From: Dehalococcoidia bacterium
GTDB lineage: Bacteria; Chloroflexota; Dehalococcoidia; Plut-88900
Direction of reading: 5' to 3'
Length of the DNA stretch: 64,000 nucleotides
NCBI GenBank assembly: GCA_965207225.1
Contig: CBDBLV010000001.1
Location: 64,001 to 128,000 of the forward strand
Position numbers and translations under genes: made by a program. The notes beneath the pieces were generated by a model that ran no database searches, was not told where the DNA came from, and saw only the letters and a list, made by a program, of their open reading frames with translations. Positions 23,239 through 32,698 of the stretch are shown here, piece after piece (positions within the stretch are counted from its first letter, which is position 1; every line of letters starts with the position of its first letter).

Positions 23239-24198
23239 CTAACAGAGCCCGTTCGGAGAAGCTTTCCGCCGGATAACGCTCTTCGCCGCCTGAGTTATCC
23301 GCTCCGGCGTAAGCCCCCGCAGCTTCAACAGCTGTTCCGCCTCCCCCGACGGACTGTAGACCTCGTCTATCGCCACCATTGACAGCGGGACAGGGCAGTG
23401 CTCACCCAGCACCTCCGCCACTATGCTCCCGAGACCCCCGTGCTTCAGATGCTCCTCTGCCGTCACCACCGCTCCCGTGTCCCGGGCGCACTGCAGCACC
23501 GTCTCCCGGTCCAGGGGTTTCAGCGTCGAGACGTTCACCACCCGCGCCCCGATCGACTCCCGAGCCAGGGCCTCCGCCGCTTCCAGCGCCATGCCCACCA
23601 TTATCCCGGTGGCCAGAATCGTCACGTCCGTGCCCGGCCCGAATACCTCCGCCTTCCCAATCTGGAACCGGTAGCCTTCGGGACATACCAGTGGTGTAGC
23701 CGGCCGGTTCAGCCGCAGGTAGCAGGGGCCCTTCATCTCGGCCAGGGCCCGGACCGCCTGTGTAGTCTCCTCTGCATCCGCCGGCACCACCACCGTGAAC
23801 CCGACCAGCGAGCACATCAATGCCAGGTCCTCGATCCCGTGCGCCGACATCCCGTCCGGGCCCGTGATTATCCCCGCATGAGTGACAACTATCTTAACGT
23901 TTGCCCGGGCCTGCGCTATCGATATCCTGATCTGGTCGAACGGCCTACCCGACCCAAAAACCGCAAACGTGCTCACGAAAGGAATCTTCCCCACCGCCGC
24001 CAGCCCCGAGGCTATCCCCATCATGTTCTGCTCCGCCGCCCCGCAGTCGAAGAACCTGTCCGGGAACTCCTTCGCGAACAGCGTTGTCATCGTCGACTTG
24101 TTAAGGTCCCCACCGATGACCACAATGTCGGGGTTGCTTCGCCCCAGCTCCACCAGGGCCTCGCCGTAGGCCTGTCGGGTGGCGACCTTCGTTACCAA
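23239..24198 (-). CDS. Transketolase, C-terminal subunit
   Basis: ATRQAYGEAL, GAAEQNM, DGMSAH, TLKPLD, EEH...GGLG. Confidence 0.93.
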   Translation of the reverse strand: MVTKVATRQAYGEALVELGRSNPDIVVIGGDLNKSTMTTLFAKEFPDRFFDCGAAEQNMMGIASGLAAVGKIPFVSTFAVFGSGRPFDQIRISIAQARANVKIVVTHAGIITGPDGMSAHGIEDLALMCSLVGFTVVVPADAEETTQAVRALAEMKGPCYLRLNRPATPLVCPEGYRFQIGKAEVFGPGTDVTILATGIMVGMALEAAEALARESIGARVVNVSTLKPLDRETVLQCARDTGAVVTAEEHLKHGGLGSIVAEVLGEHCPVPLSMVAIDEVYSPSGEAEQLLKLRGLTPERITQAAKSVIRRKASPNGLC

Positions 24199-24202
24199 GG
24201 CT

Positions 24203-25042
24203 CTAACCTATCTCCGCGAGAGCGGCCTTGAGTTCGTCCGCGTTGGGGGCCTTGCCGTGAAAGTCGGGGTTGTTCTCCATGAAGCTGATCCCCTTCCCTT
24301 TCACCGTCCGGGCGATGATCGTGTGCCGCTTCCCATCCCTCTCCGAAGCATTGCTCAATGCCTCCACCATCTGCCTCAGGTTGTGCCCGTCCGCCTCATG
24401 CACCTCCCACCCGAAGGCCCGCCATTTGTCGGGCAGCGGCTCCAGGTTCATCGCCTCGTGAGTCCACCGGTCGTTTTGGATGCCGTTCCGGTCCACCACC
24501 ACCGTGATGTTGTCTAGCCCGAAATGCGACGCCGCCATCGCAGCCTCCCAGATCTGTCCCTCGTCGCACTCCCCGTCCCCGACCAGCACGTAAACGTTGT
24601 GCTCGCTCCCGTCCAACCGGCCCCCCAGCGCCATCCCCACCCCTACGGACAAACCCTGCCCCAGCGAGCCGGAGCAGTGTTCGACGCCCGGCGTCGAGTT
24701 GTGGCAGTGCCCGTGCAGCCGGCTGTCAACCTTGCGGAAAGTCGCCAGTTCCTCCACCGGAAAGTACCCCGCTTCCGCCAGCGTCGAATACAGGACAGGA
24801 GTACAGTGGCCCTTGCTCAGGATGAACCTGTCGCGGCCTGACCACTCGGGGTTGTCGGGGTCGTGCCTGAGCACATTGAAATAGAGCGCCGTCAGGATTT
24901 CAACTGCAGAAAGGGAACCGCCCGGGTGTCCACTCCCCGCGGCCGCCGTCATTTCGACAATGTGTCGGCGTATAGCCCTGGTCAGGCCCGACATATCCTC
25001 CATGGACAGCTTTGCGCGCGCTCGTTGGCCGTTCGTCATCAA
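24203..25042 (-). CDS. Transketolase, N-terminal subunit
   Basis: SGHPGGSLS, DRFILSKGH, GSLGQGL, GDGECDEG TPP motif, TVKGKG. Confidence 0.93.
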   Translation of the reverse strand: MMTNGQRARAKLSMEDMSGLTRAIRRHIVEMTAAAGSGHPGGSLSAVEILTALYFNVLRHDPDNPEWSGRDRFILSKGHCTPVLYSTLAEAGYFPVEELATFRKVDSRLHGHCHNSTPGVEHCSGSLGQGLSVGVGMALGGRLDGSEHNVYVLVGDGECDEGQIWEAAMAASHFGLDNITVVVDRNGIQNDRWTHEAMNLEPLPDKWRAFGWEVHEADGHNLRQMVEALSNASERDGKRHTIIARTVKGKGISFMENNPDFHGKAPNADELKAALAEIG

Positions 25043-25314
25043 TTTGCTGGCAGTGGAGTTAGGGCCGAGAAGTGTGTAATCGAAGCTTCAGTCATTTGGT
25101 GTCAGGGCGCCGCCGTCGCCTCTGTGATGACCCATTATAGGGCCCTCTTCCGGCCACTGTCCATAATATGCCGCCCTAATTTGCACTTGACTCTCAGTGC
25201 CAAAACGGAAGTACAGCGAGTCCCTCTCCGGGTGGAGGGGCCGCTCGTGCTGATGCTCCTCTTAAGCCTGCCCCGATTCCCTCGAGGGGTATGAGCGGGG
25301 GGATGCACGCGTTC

Positions 25315-25728
25315 CTACCCCGCTCCCTCCTCGCACGCCTCCCGGTAGCTCTCCAGGAAGGGACTCAGCAGGGGCACGAACCTCATCAGCTTGTGCATCG
25401 GCACGCCCTTCAGCTTTATCTGCCCCGACAAAAACATCTTCGCCATGTTCCCCCGACCGTATACCACCTGGTGCAGCCGCTCCGCATCCATCGTGATATG
25501 CGCATCCGCCGACCCATCTATCGATTCTGCATACCCGAAGTTCCCCTCCGAGTCGAGCACCGTGTACGCCGAAAGCTCGTAGTCCGGGAAGTCCCACCGC
25601 AGCGACTTGAAAATCTTGTACAGCTTCCCCACGCTCTCCGTCGACACCTTGCCTCCCGTCAGCTCCAGCGTCCGACGCATCACCTTCGGGAACTCCTCTT
25701 TGACCGGTATCTCTACTGCCTCAGGCAT
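25315..25728 (-). CDS. SCP2 sterol-binding-like domain protein
   Basis: ADAHITMDAE...MFLSGQIKLKG resembles the SCP2 C-terminal motif. Confidence 0.65.
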   Translation of the reverse strand: MPEAVEIPVKEEFPKVMRRTLELTGGKVSTESVGKLYKIFKSLRWDFPDYELSAYTVLDSEGNFGYAESIDGSADAHITMDAERLHQVVYGRGNMAKMFLSGQIKLKGVPMHKLMRFVPLLSPFLESYREACEEGAG

Positions 25729-25795
25729 GCCCTTTCCCTTCTGCCCAATGCTCTGACTCCTATAGTATATATCCTCCCACCCCGCCCTCCCCTTC

Positions 25796-25821
25796 CGTCA
25801 TTCCCGAGTAGTCGGGAATCT
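25796..25821 (+). repeat. CGTC-type REP palindrome
   Basis: CGTCATTCCCG-AGTAGT-CGGGAATC; variants near 17729, 30675, 56113, 58067. Confidence 0.7.
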
Positions 25822-25862
25822 AGGGGTGTGATGGTGTGGGGAAGTCCAGTCTTCTCTCTCCC

Positions 25863-25887
25863 GTAGGGGCGACCCGCCGGTCGCCCT
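25863..25887 (+). repeat. GTAG-type REP palindrome
   Basis: GTAGGGGCGACC-CGCC-GGTCGCCCT. Confidence 0.8.
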
Positions 25888-25954
25888 GGGGAGGTGGGTG
25901 GCCCACGCATCTACGGATTCTCGCATGCTTCCACCACCAAACCGCACCCCTCCA

Positions 25955-26715
25955 TGTCACCCCGAGGCCCCGCGAAGAATCTCCAGCACACCTCCCTAAA
26001 CCCACCCCTGCAATCCCACTCACCCCTCCCCCCCTTGGCAAAGACATACCAAAAATGCACTGCATTCTTGGTATGTCAATAAATCAGGGCGGGTGGTCGG
26101 GACTCCATTTAGTCCGGGGGGATAGGGAGAAGCGCTCCCCCTCCCTCCCAGTACTGAACTAGAGGCCCACGTGGGTGCGTCGCACCCACGTGGGCCTCTG
26201 TTCTTTTTCATTCCCTCTCCCTCGATGGGAGAAGGTTAGGGTGAGGGTGAGACGAGTGCCGAGAGACCAGTCATGCAAAGCCCTCTTAGTGGCCCTATGG
26301 GAGAGGGAGACCAAAAGGGGTAAGGATTCCCGCCCTCGGCGGCGGGGATGCTTCTGGACCCCGTCGCCTCTGCCATCTCCAAGCACGCCCTATTGTGTCA
26401 TCCCGAGGCCCCGCGAGGGATCTCCAGCACCCCTCCCCAAATCCACTTCTATTTCACACCGCTCCCGGCCGTTCCCCCTTGCCAACGAATTACCAGAAAT
26501 TTGCCGAGGCAAATTTCTGGTAATTCAAAAGACCGGGCGGGCGGGTGGGACTCATATTATTTCCGGGGGGTTGGGAAGGGCACTCTTCCCTTCCCCCAGT
26601 ACCAAACTAGAGGGAAGCGCCTGCGCCATGGCGCAGGCGCTTCCCTCTGTTTTTTCCTCCCCCTCTCCCTTACAGGCCCTAAGGGAGAGGGGGAGGAAGG
26701 GGGAGAGGGTTCCCT
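25955..26715 (+). repeat. Two tandem composite repeat units (about 440-bp period), each with two long palindromes
   Basis: Units start GTCA(C/T)CCCGAGGCCCCGCGA..ATCTCCAGCAC near 25956 and 26397; palindromes 26043-26077, 26161-26199, 26487-26526, 26609-26648. Confidence 0.75.
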
Positions 26716-26815
26716 CGTGGGGCTGGGGGTATCCCTCCCCCCAACAAATCAGACCAATCCGTCAATCCCATGAAGCACAGTTCAGATATTCCTCCCAAAA
26801 GCCGCACATTTGCTC

Positions 26816-26865
26816 TTGACACATCTGTCCGGCAGTACTATCATATCCTGCGACAGAACAAATAT
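26816..26865 (+). promoter_or_regulatory. Sigma70-type promoter with LexA-like boxes
   Basis: TTGACA (26816-26821), 17 nt, TATCAT (26839-26844); GCAC-ATTT-GCTC just before the -35 and AGAACAAATAT (26855-26865). Confidence 0.65.
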
Positions 26866-27640
26866 CTCACTATCAAAGGAGGAAACCAAAACCCAGGGAA
26901 ACCCCCGAGACCCGACCCAAGGCATCGCCCCCGAGAAATCGGGGGACTCAACGCCCTAACCCATCCCAATACCTATCTCCTCTCTTGTAGGGGCGACCGG
27001 CCAATCGCCCCCCTTGCGAGGCAGGCAGGTTGCGGCACAAGCGACAGCGTTATCCCCGAGACGTCGGGGACGCCACCTCCTCATCCCACGGGTCTCGTGC
27101 CCCCTTCCCTGTCCCCCGGGCGATGGAAAGACGCCCTGGATAGAAGCCAAGCAGACCGGCCATCCCCCGCCGAGAGACCGTCTCGGAGGTCGGTCTGTAG
27201 CGAACTTGCGCTATATCAAGATAGGGGTGGCGGGCTGGCTAGCCCCGCTCCGGACAAGTTACCGGTGGTTGGCCCGTCGGCGAGCTTACGCCACACCGAA
27301 TCAAGCATAACCTGGGGTCGCTGGGGCACTCGGGACCTGCGGGTGCGCCACGTAATAGAAACTCCCGGGGGCTAACGGCCCGATCACTGGCCCTCACTGC
27401 GCCCTGAGGGCGCCTGGGAGCGGGTCAAGGCCCGGCTGTCCGCCCGAACAGCCGGAGCACAAATCGAGCAGAAGGGTGCGGCCGGCTGCAATCCGCCCCC
27501 GGCGGACCTCCATGGCCCCGGACAGCTGGAACACCGCATGGTAGGGACCACCGGCTCACCAGGTGCGTCTTCCATCGCCGCCCCAAAACCCAACAGACAG
27601 ACCCAAAACCCGAAACCCCACAACTGAATAAAAACCCGGC
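26851..27640 (+). ncRNA. Candidate large structured RNA, copy 2 (about 790 nt)
   Basis: CAGGGAA/TTCCCTG (26894-26900/27105-27111), CGAGACCCG/CGGGTCTCG (26906-26914/27089-27097), GGCGATGGAAAGACG/CGTCTTCCATCGCC (27119-27133/27566-27579); A/C-rich tail shared with copy 1. Confidence 0.55.
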
Positions 27641-27809
27641 GTGTCACCAGCCTTCCGAACGAGTACACCCCTTGAACCCGACACCCAACACCCTGTACAA
27701 TCGCCCCCGCAGCCGACCGCGAGCGGCGGTAAGCATCTACCGGGCAACCCTACAAAAAGCCCAATGGCCGGTATCATCGGGAACCGGACCGGGCGCTGAA
27801 TAGCATCTT

Positions 27810-28817
27810 GTGAACCCTCGCGGTCGGTTTGCGAGGGTTTTGTTGTACGACACGATAACCGACGTACCCGGCATCCGGGTGGGCCACTACACTGACTCCG
27901 AGGCCGTCACCGGCTGCACCGTAGTCCTCGCCCTTGAGGGCGCAGTCGCAGGCGTCGACGTACGGGGTGCGGCCCCCGGCACCCGTGAGACCGACCTCCT
28001 CCGACCCCTCAACCTCGTCCAGGAGGCCCACGCCGTCGTCCTCAGCGGTGGCAGTGCCTACGGTCTCGCTGCCGCCGACGGTGTGATGACCTGGCTCGAA
28101 GAGCAGGGAGTCGGCTTTCCCGTGGGCGTGGGTGTCGTTCCTATCGTCGCCTCCGCCATCCTTTTCGACCTCGCCATCGGCGACCCCACCACCCGCCCCC
28201 GCCCCGAGCACGGCTACCAGGCCAGCGCTGCCGCCGATTCTTCCGCCCCGGCCCAGGGCTCCGTAGGTGCAGGCACGGGCGCAACCGTAGGTAAGGCCCT
28301 CGGCCAGGAACGCGCCGTCAAGGGTGGCCTCGGGTGCGCCAGCCGACGCGTGGGCGAATACACCGTCGGGGCCCTCGTCGCAGTCAATGCCCTCGGCAGT
28401 GTCGTAGACGCCGAAACAGGTGAAGTCATCGCCGGCCCCCGTGAACCGAGCGGTCTCGGCTTCCTGGACAGCGTAGACATCCTGGAAGACGTGAAGACTC
28501 CCGTTGCGGCCTCGGCCCTCCAGAACACCACCCTCGCCGTCGTCGCCACCGACGCCCCTCTCACCAAGGAGCAGGCCAACAAGCTCGCCCAGATGGCCCA
28601 CGACGGACTCGCCCTTGCCATCCGACCCGCCCACACCATGTTTGACGGCGACGTCGTATTCGCACTGTCCACAGGCAAAGCCGTCCCCGTCCCCGACGTC
28701 ACCCCCTTCGGCGCCGCCGCCGCCCGGGCCCTCAGCAGCGCCATTGTCAAAGCCCTAACCCACGCCTCTAGCCTCGGAGGCGTCCCCTCAATCACATGCC
28801 TAAACCAGAACTCGTAA
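27810..28817 (+). CDS. P1/S58-family (DmpA/NylC-like) self-processing hydrolase
   Basis: ITDVPGIRVGH, VDVRGAAPGTRET, LSGGSAYGL, GSVGAGTGA, QNTTLAVVATDA, HTMFDGD; start may be slightly downstream. Confidence 0.9.
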   Translation: MNPRGRFARVLLYDTITDVPGIRVGHYTDSEAVTGCTVVLALEGAVAGVDVRGAAPGTRETDLLRPLNLVQEAHAVVLSGGSAYGLAAADGVMTWLEEQGVGFPVGVGVVPIVASAILFDLAIGDPTTRPRPEHGYQASAAADSSAPAQGSVGAGTGATVGKALGQERAVKGGLGCASRRVGEYTVGALVAVNALGSVVDAETGEVIAGPREPSGLGFLDSVDILEDVKTPVAASALQNTTLAVVATDAPLTKEQANKLAQMAHDGLALAIRPAHTMFDGDVVFALSTGKAVPVPDVTPFGAAAARALSSAIVKALTHASSLGGVPSITCLNQNS

Positions 28818-28970
28818 CAGGGAGAACACAGAAGAATCGGGGTGTGCAGAGGGGCAGCGCCCCTCGCCGGGAGTCTGAGGGTGTCCCTCAGAATAACTTC
28901 TTTTCTCCCGGGGTGGGGGGCCATGAGAAAGTGTCTAAGCATCCTTCCATAGGTAGCAAGGAGAGTCGTA

Positions 28971-29807
28971 ATGCGTAAGACCACTGCGTCCATCATCAAG
29001 ATGAAACGGGACGGTGAGAAGATCCCCATGCTCACCGCCTACGACTATCCTACCGCCAGAGCCCTCGACGAACTGGGCATCCCCATGATCCTCGTCGGCG
29101 ACAGCCTGGGCATGGTAGTCCTCGGCTACGAGTCCACCGTCTACGTCACCATGGACGACATGGTCCACCACACGAAGGCCGTGGCCCGGGGCGCCAAGCG
29201 CTCCCTCATCGTCTCAGACCTCCCCTTCATGAGCTACCGATGCGGCAACGACGAGGCCCTCAAGAACTCAGCCCGGCTCCTCCAGGAGGGCGGCGCCCAG
29301 GCCGTCAAGATGGAGGGTGGGGTCTCGGTGGCCGACACCGTCCGCCATATAGTCGAGAGTGGCATCCCGGTCATGGGCCATATTGGCCTAACCCCTCAGT
29401 CGGTGAATCAGCTCGGCGGGTACCGCATCCAGGGCAAGACCCCCGAGAAGGCTGCCCAGCTACTCCGCGACGCCAAGGCCCTTGAAGACGCTGGAGTGTT
29501 CTCCATCGTACTCGAATGCGTCCCCGCCCCCCTCGCCCGACTCATCACCGAGCGCGTTTCCGTCCCCACCATCGGCATCGGCGCAGGAGCCCACTGCGAC
29601 GGCCAGGTCCAGGTCATCAATGACATCCTCGCCACCTGCCCCGACTTCACCCCCCGCCACGCCCGCACCTACGCCTCCATAGGCGCCGCCACCGCCGACG
29701 CCATAGCCCGCTACCGTGACGACGTCCGGTCCTCCCAATTCCCCACCGATAAACAGAGCTTCAACATGGATCCCAGCGTCCTCTCCGAGTTGATGCAGTA
29801 CGCGTAG
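28971..29807 (+). CDS. panB: 3-methyl-2-oxobutanoate hydroxymethyltransferase
   Basis: MLTAYD, ILVGDSLG, VKMEGG, GHIGLTPQS, TIGIGAG. Confidence 0.97.
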   Translation: MRKTTASIIKMKRDGEKIPMLTAYDYPTARALDELGIPMILVGDSLGMVVLGYESTVYVTMDDMVHHTKAVARGAKRSLIVSDLPFMSYRCGNDEALKNSARLLQEGGAQAVKMEGGVSVADTVRHIVESGIPVMGHIGLTPQSVNQLGGYRIQGKTPEKAAQLLRDAKALEDAGVFSIVLECVPAPLARLITERVSVPTIGIGAGAHCDGQVQVINDILATCPDFTPRHARTYASIGAATADAIARYRDDVRSSQFPTDKQSFNMDPSVLSELMQYA

Positions 29808-29826
29808 CCTGCTCTCTCCATATCCC

Positions 29827-30663
29827 ATGCAGGTCCTGGAGACTATCTCTGACTTTCGAGCCGCCCGGGCCTCGACCCCCGGTTCCCTCGGCCTCGTCCC
29901 GACTATGGGCTACCTCCACCGCGGCCACATGGCCCTCGTCGAACGTGCAGCCGTCGAGAACGACGCCGTAGCCGCCTCCATTTTCGTCAACCCCACCCAG
30001 TTCGGCCCCGACGAGGACTTCATGTCCTACCCCCGTGACCTCGACCGTGACCTCAAGATGCTCGACGAGGCCGGCGTCAGCCTCGTCTTCACCCCAACCC
30101 CTGAGGAGATGTACCGCCCCGGCTCCCACACCAGGGTCGACCCCGGCCCCATCGCCAATCTCCACGAAGGCGCCTCGAGGCCCGGCCACTTCATCGGCGT
30201 CGCCACCGTTGTTTCCAAGCTCTTCCACATCGTCCAGCCCGACCGTGCCTACTTCGGCCAGAAGGACGCTCAGCAGCTCGTCATCATCCGACGTATGGTC
30301 GGGGACCTCGACTTCCCCCTCGAAGTCGTCGGCGTACCCACCGTTCGCGAGCCCGACGGCCTCGCCATCAGTAGCCGCAACGTCTACCTGACGCCCGATC
30401 AACGCCAGGCCGCTACAGTTCTCTGGAAAGCCCTCTCTCGTGCCCAGGCTCTCTGCAACGAAGGTGTCCTCTCCTGCCCCGACATCACCTCCGAGATGGC
30501 CCGCATCATCAACTCCCAACTCCTCGCCCAACTCGACTACGCCACCATCGCCCACCCCGAAACCCTCCTACCCCTCACCGCAGCCCAAAACGGCGCCCTC
30601 GCCCTGCTCGCTGTCCAAATAGGTGACACCCGCCTCATAGACAACCTCCCCCTGATCATCTAA
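29827..30663 (+). CDS. panC: Pantoate--beta-alanine ligase
   Basis: VPTMGYLHRGH, SIFVNPTQF, RPGHF, FGQKD, GLAISSRN, RLIDN. Confidence 0.97.
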   Translation: MQVLETISDFRAARASTPGSLGLVPTMGYLHRGHMALVERAAVENDAVAASIFVNPTQFGPDEDFMSYPRDLDRDLKMLDEAGVSLVFTPTPEEMYRPGSHTRVDPGPIANLHEGASRPGHFIGVATVVSKLFHIVQPDRAYFGQKDAQQLVIIRRMVGDLDFPLEVVGVPTVREPDGLAISSRNVYLTPDQRQAATVLWKALSRAQALCNEGVLSCPDITSEMARIINSQLLAQLDYATIAHPETLLPLTAAQNGALALLAVQIGDTRLIDNLPLII

Positions 30664-30840
30664 CCCCCTTTTCCCGTCATTCCTGACTCCAATCGGGAGT
30701 CCATCCCCGGTTGCGGGGCCGCTCGTGCTGAGGCACTCGAAGTATGAGCGGTGGGCGGTTCGCGTTCACCCATCCGTCACCTACGACGACCCCCACTATG
30801 CTAAACTCTCCCCGCATTTCACCACGGAGCACCCCCGACC

Positions 30841-31629
30841 TTGAAAATCCTCGTAACCAACGACGACGGCATCTCCTCCCCCGGCCTCTGGGCCCTCGCC
30901 GAGAGCCTTAAGAAGGTCGGCGAAGTCGTAGTCGTCGCCCCCGACAGGCAGCAGAGTGGCGTCGGCAGTTCTGTGACCCTCCACCACGCAGTCCGCATGG
31001 CCCCGACTATGTTCAACCGCGACGGCATCAAGTCCTACGCCGTCGAGGGCACCCCCGGCGACAGCGTCATCCTCGCCACCGAAAAGCTCGTCAAAGGCCC
31101 CATCGACCTTCTGGTCTCGGGCATCAATACCGGCTCCAACATGGGCAACGATGTCTTTGTCTCCGGGACCGTCGGGGCCGCCTTCCACGGCTTCTTCCGC
31201 GGCATCACGTCCATGGCCGTCTCCGTCACCGCTCTCTACGACGTCCACTTCGAACCCGCCGCCCGAGTCGCCTACCTCCTCGCCCTCAAGGCCCGGGACG
31301 GCCTCTTCCCGCCCCGAGCCCTCATCAACGTCAACGTCCCCAACAAGCCCCTCTCCCAGCTCAAGGGCCTCCGGGTCACCCGACTCGCCGACGGCTCCTA
31401 CACCGAGGTTGTCGACGAAGGCAACGATCCCCGACGCCTCTACTACTGGATCAACCGCTCCCGTCCCAACTGGACATCCCAGCCCGGCACCGACATCTGG
31501 GCTGCAGAAAACGACCTCATCTCCATCACCCCTCTACACAACGACGTCACCGCTCACTCATCCCTCCCCAACTTGACCGGCCTCACCGACAATATATTCC
31601 ATGACCTCCGCAACGGCCTGGAGAAGTAG
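30841..31629 (+). CDS. surE: 5'/3'-nucleotidase SurE
   Basis: ILVTNDDG, VVAP, GTPGDSV, SGINTGSN, SGTV, ISITPL. Confidence 0.95.
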   Translation: MKILVTNDDGISSPGLWALAESLKKVGEVVVVAPDRQQSGVGSSVTLHHAVRMAPTMFNRDGIKSYAVEGTPGDSVILATEKLVKGPIDLLVSGINTGSNMGNDVFVSGTVGAAFHGFFRGITSMAVSVTALYDVHFEPAARVAYLLALKARDGLFPPRALINVNVPNKPLSQLKGLRVTRLADGSYTEVVDEGNDPRRLYYWINRSRPNWTSQPGTDIWAAENDLISITPLHNDVTAHSSLPNLTGLTDNIFHDLRNGLEK

Positions 31630-31700
31630 TTCATCTTTCGGCCTCCGAGCCGGAACCTATCTCTGGGCAGGGCGGGGGTGAAGTCCTGCCCCCTCTCCCC

Positions 31701-31816
31701 AGTACCAAACTAGAGGCATACGCCTGCGCCGAGGCGCAGGCGTATGCCTCTGTTTTTTCCTCCCCCTCTCCCTTAAAGGCCCTAAGGGAGAGGGGGATCG
31801 AGGGGGTGAGGGTTCC
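31701..31816 (+). repeat. Dispersed double-hairpin repeat, copy d
   Basis: AGTACCAAACT + palindrome 31712-31751 + T-tract + second hairpin. Confidence 0.85.
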
Positions 31817-31892
31817 TCCGGTGGCGTGGGGTGATTTGAGATATCCCGCAACCCGCGATACCCTTCTTCATATCCCTCCGGAGGTAACCACC

Positions 31893-32375
31893 ATGGCCCC
31901 CGAAATCCAAGGCTACTCAGACTTCATAGACATGCTTCTGGAAAAAGCCGACTCCCACGCCGCATCTCTGTCAACCGACGCCCTTAACTGGCAACCCCTG
32001 GACGCCGACACCAACTCTGTAGCCGCCCTTTGCGCCCACATGTGCGGCGTCGTCCGGTGGTGGGTCCATCAGGGCCTCACCGGCAACGACGTCGGCCGCC
32101 AGCGGGACACCGAGTTCGTCGCCCGCGTAGACGACAGCGGCAACATCAACTTCTGGGGCGCCCACAGGACCATCTCCGACGTAATCTCCGAGACCCGCGC
32201 CATCTCCAGGGAAATCCTCGCCAACCTCGACCCTGCCGCTCTCACCCAACTGAGCGCCGTCGACACCCTCGGCCCCCGACTCAACCGCTGGGCCCTCGTC
32301 CACACCATCGACGAACTATCCCAGCACATCGGCCACATGGAACTCACCATCCAGATGTGGAAGGCCCGGGCGTAA
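31893..32375 (+). CDS. DinB/DUF664-like protein
   Basis: LNWQP..NSVAALCAH...WALVHTIDELSQHIGH His pattern; GGAGG RBS. Confidence 0.8.
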   Translation: MAPEIQGYSDFIDMLLEKADSHAASLSTDALNWQPLDADTNSVAALCAHMCGVVRWWVHQGLTGNDVGRQRDTEFVARVDDSGNINFWGAHRTISDVISETRAISREILANLDPAALTQLSAVDTLGPRLNRWALVHTIDELSQHIGHMELTIQMWKARA

Positions 32376-32433
32376 GGCTCCGATTGACTGGCCGAAAATC
32401 TGGTGCTAGATTTGTAGCCTGACCGTACCTCCC

Positions 32434-32509
32434 GGCAACGTAGCTCAGTGGTTAGAGCGGGGTCTTCATAAGGCTTAGGTCGCTGGTTCGAATCCAGCCG
32501 TTGCCACCA
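32434..32509 (+). tRNA. tRNA with CAT anticodon, probably elongator tRNA-Met (Ile2 not excluded)
   Basis: GGCAACG/CGTTGCC acceptor, GCTC/GAGC D-arm, loop TTCATAA, GCTGG-TTCGAAT-CCAGC T-arm, encoded CCA. Confidence 0.92.
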
Positions 32510-32698
32510 TACTACTATCTCATCAACTTCTTTGCTCTCCTGCCCCCTGCTACCATATCCACCCAAGGCTGCAGCCTTAACTGGGCACCGTTGAGTGCTA
32601 CGCGAACTGCCGAAATGTAACTGTTGTGCCAGTGTGCGAAGTGTGCTAGTATTTATGCACGCTCATAGCATGGTCAACTTTAGTAGGGAGTTGCTATC

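Noticed and set aside
27119-27579. Retron msr-msd, group I/II intron, tmRNA, RNase P or 6S identity for the structured element
   Set aside because: No reverse transcriptase nearby and I could not find the diagnostic motifs by eye; an Rfam search is needed to exclude these formally
26175-27668. ORFs 26175-26819, 26348-26773, 26770-27375 and 27384-27668 as genes
   Set aside because: They read through repeat DNA, give Pro/Arg/Gly-rich translations with no motifs, and are not conserved in the homologous copy
25730-27810. CRISPR array
   Set aside because: No run of identical, regularly spaced 25-45 bp repeats and no cas genes; the repeats are dispersed palindromes
28840-28895. Two small hairpins before panB as a regulatory RNA
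   Set aside because: GAGGGGC..GCCCCTC and TCTGAGGG..CCCTCAGA look like a generic intergenic palindromic element; single copy here and no supporting motif
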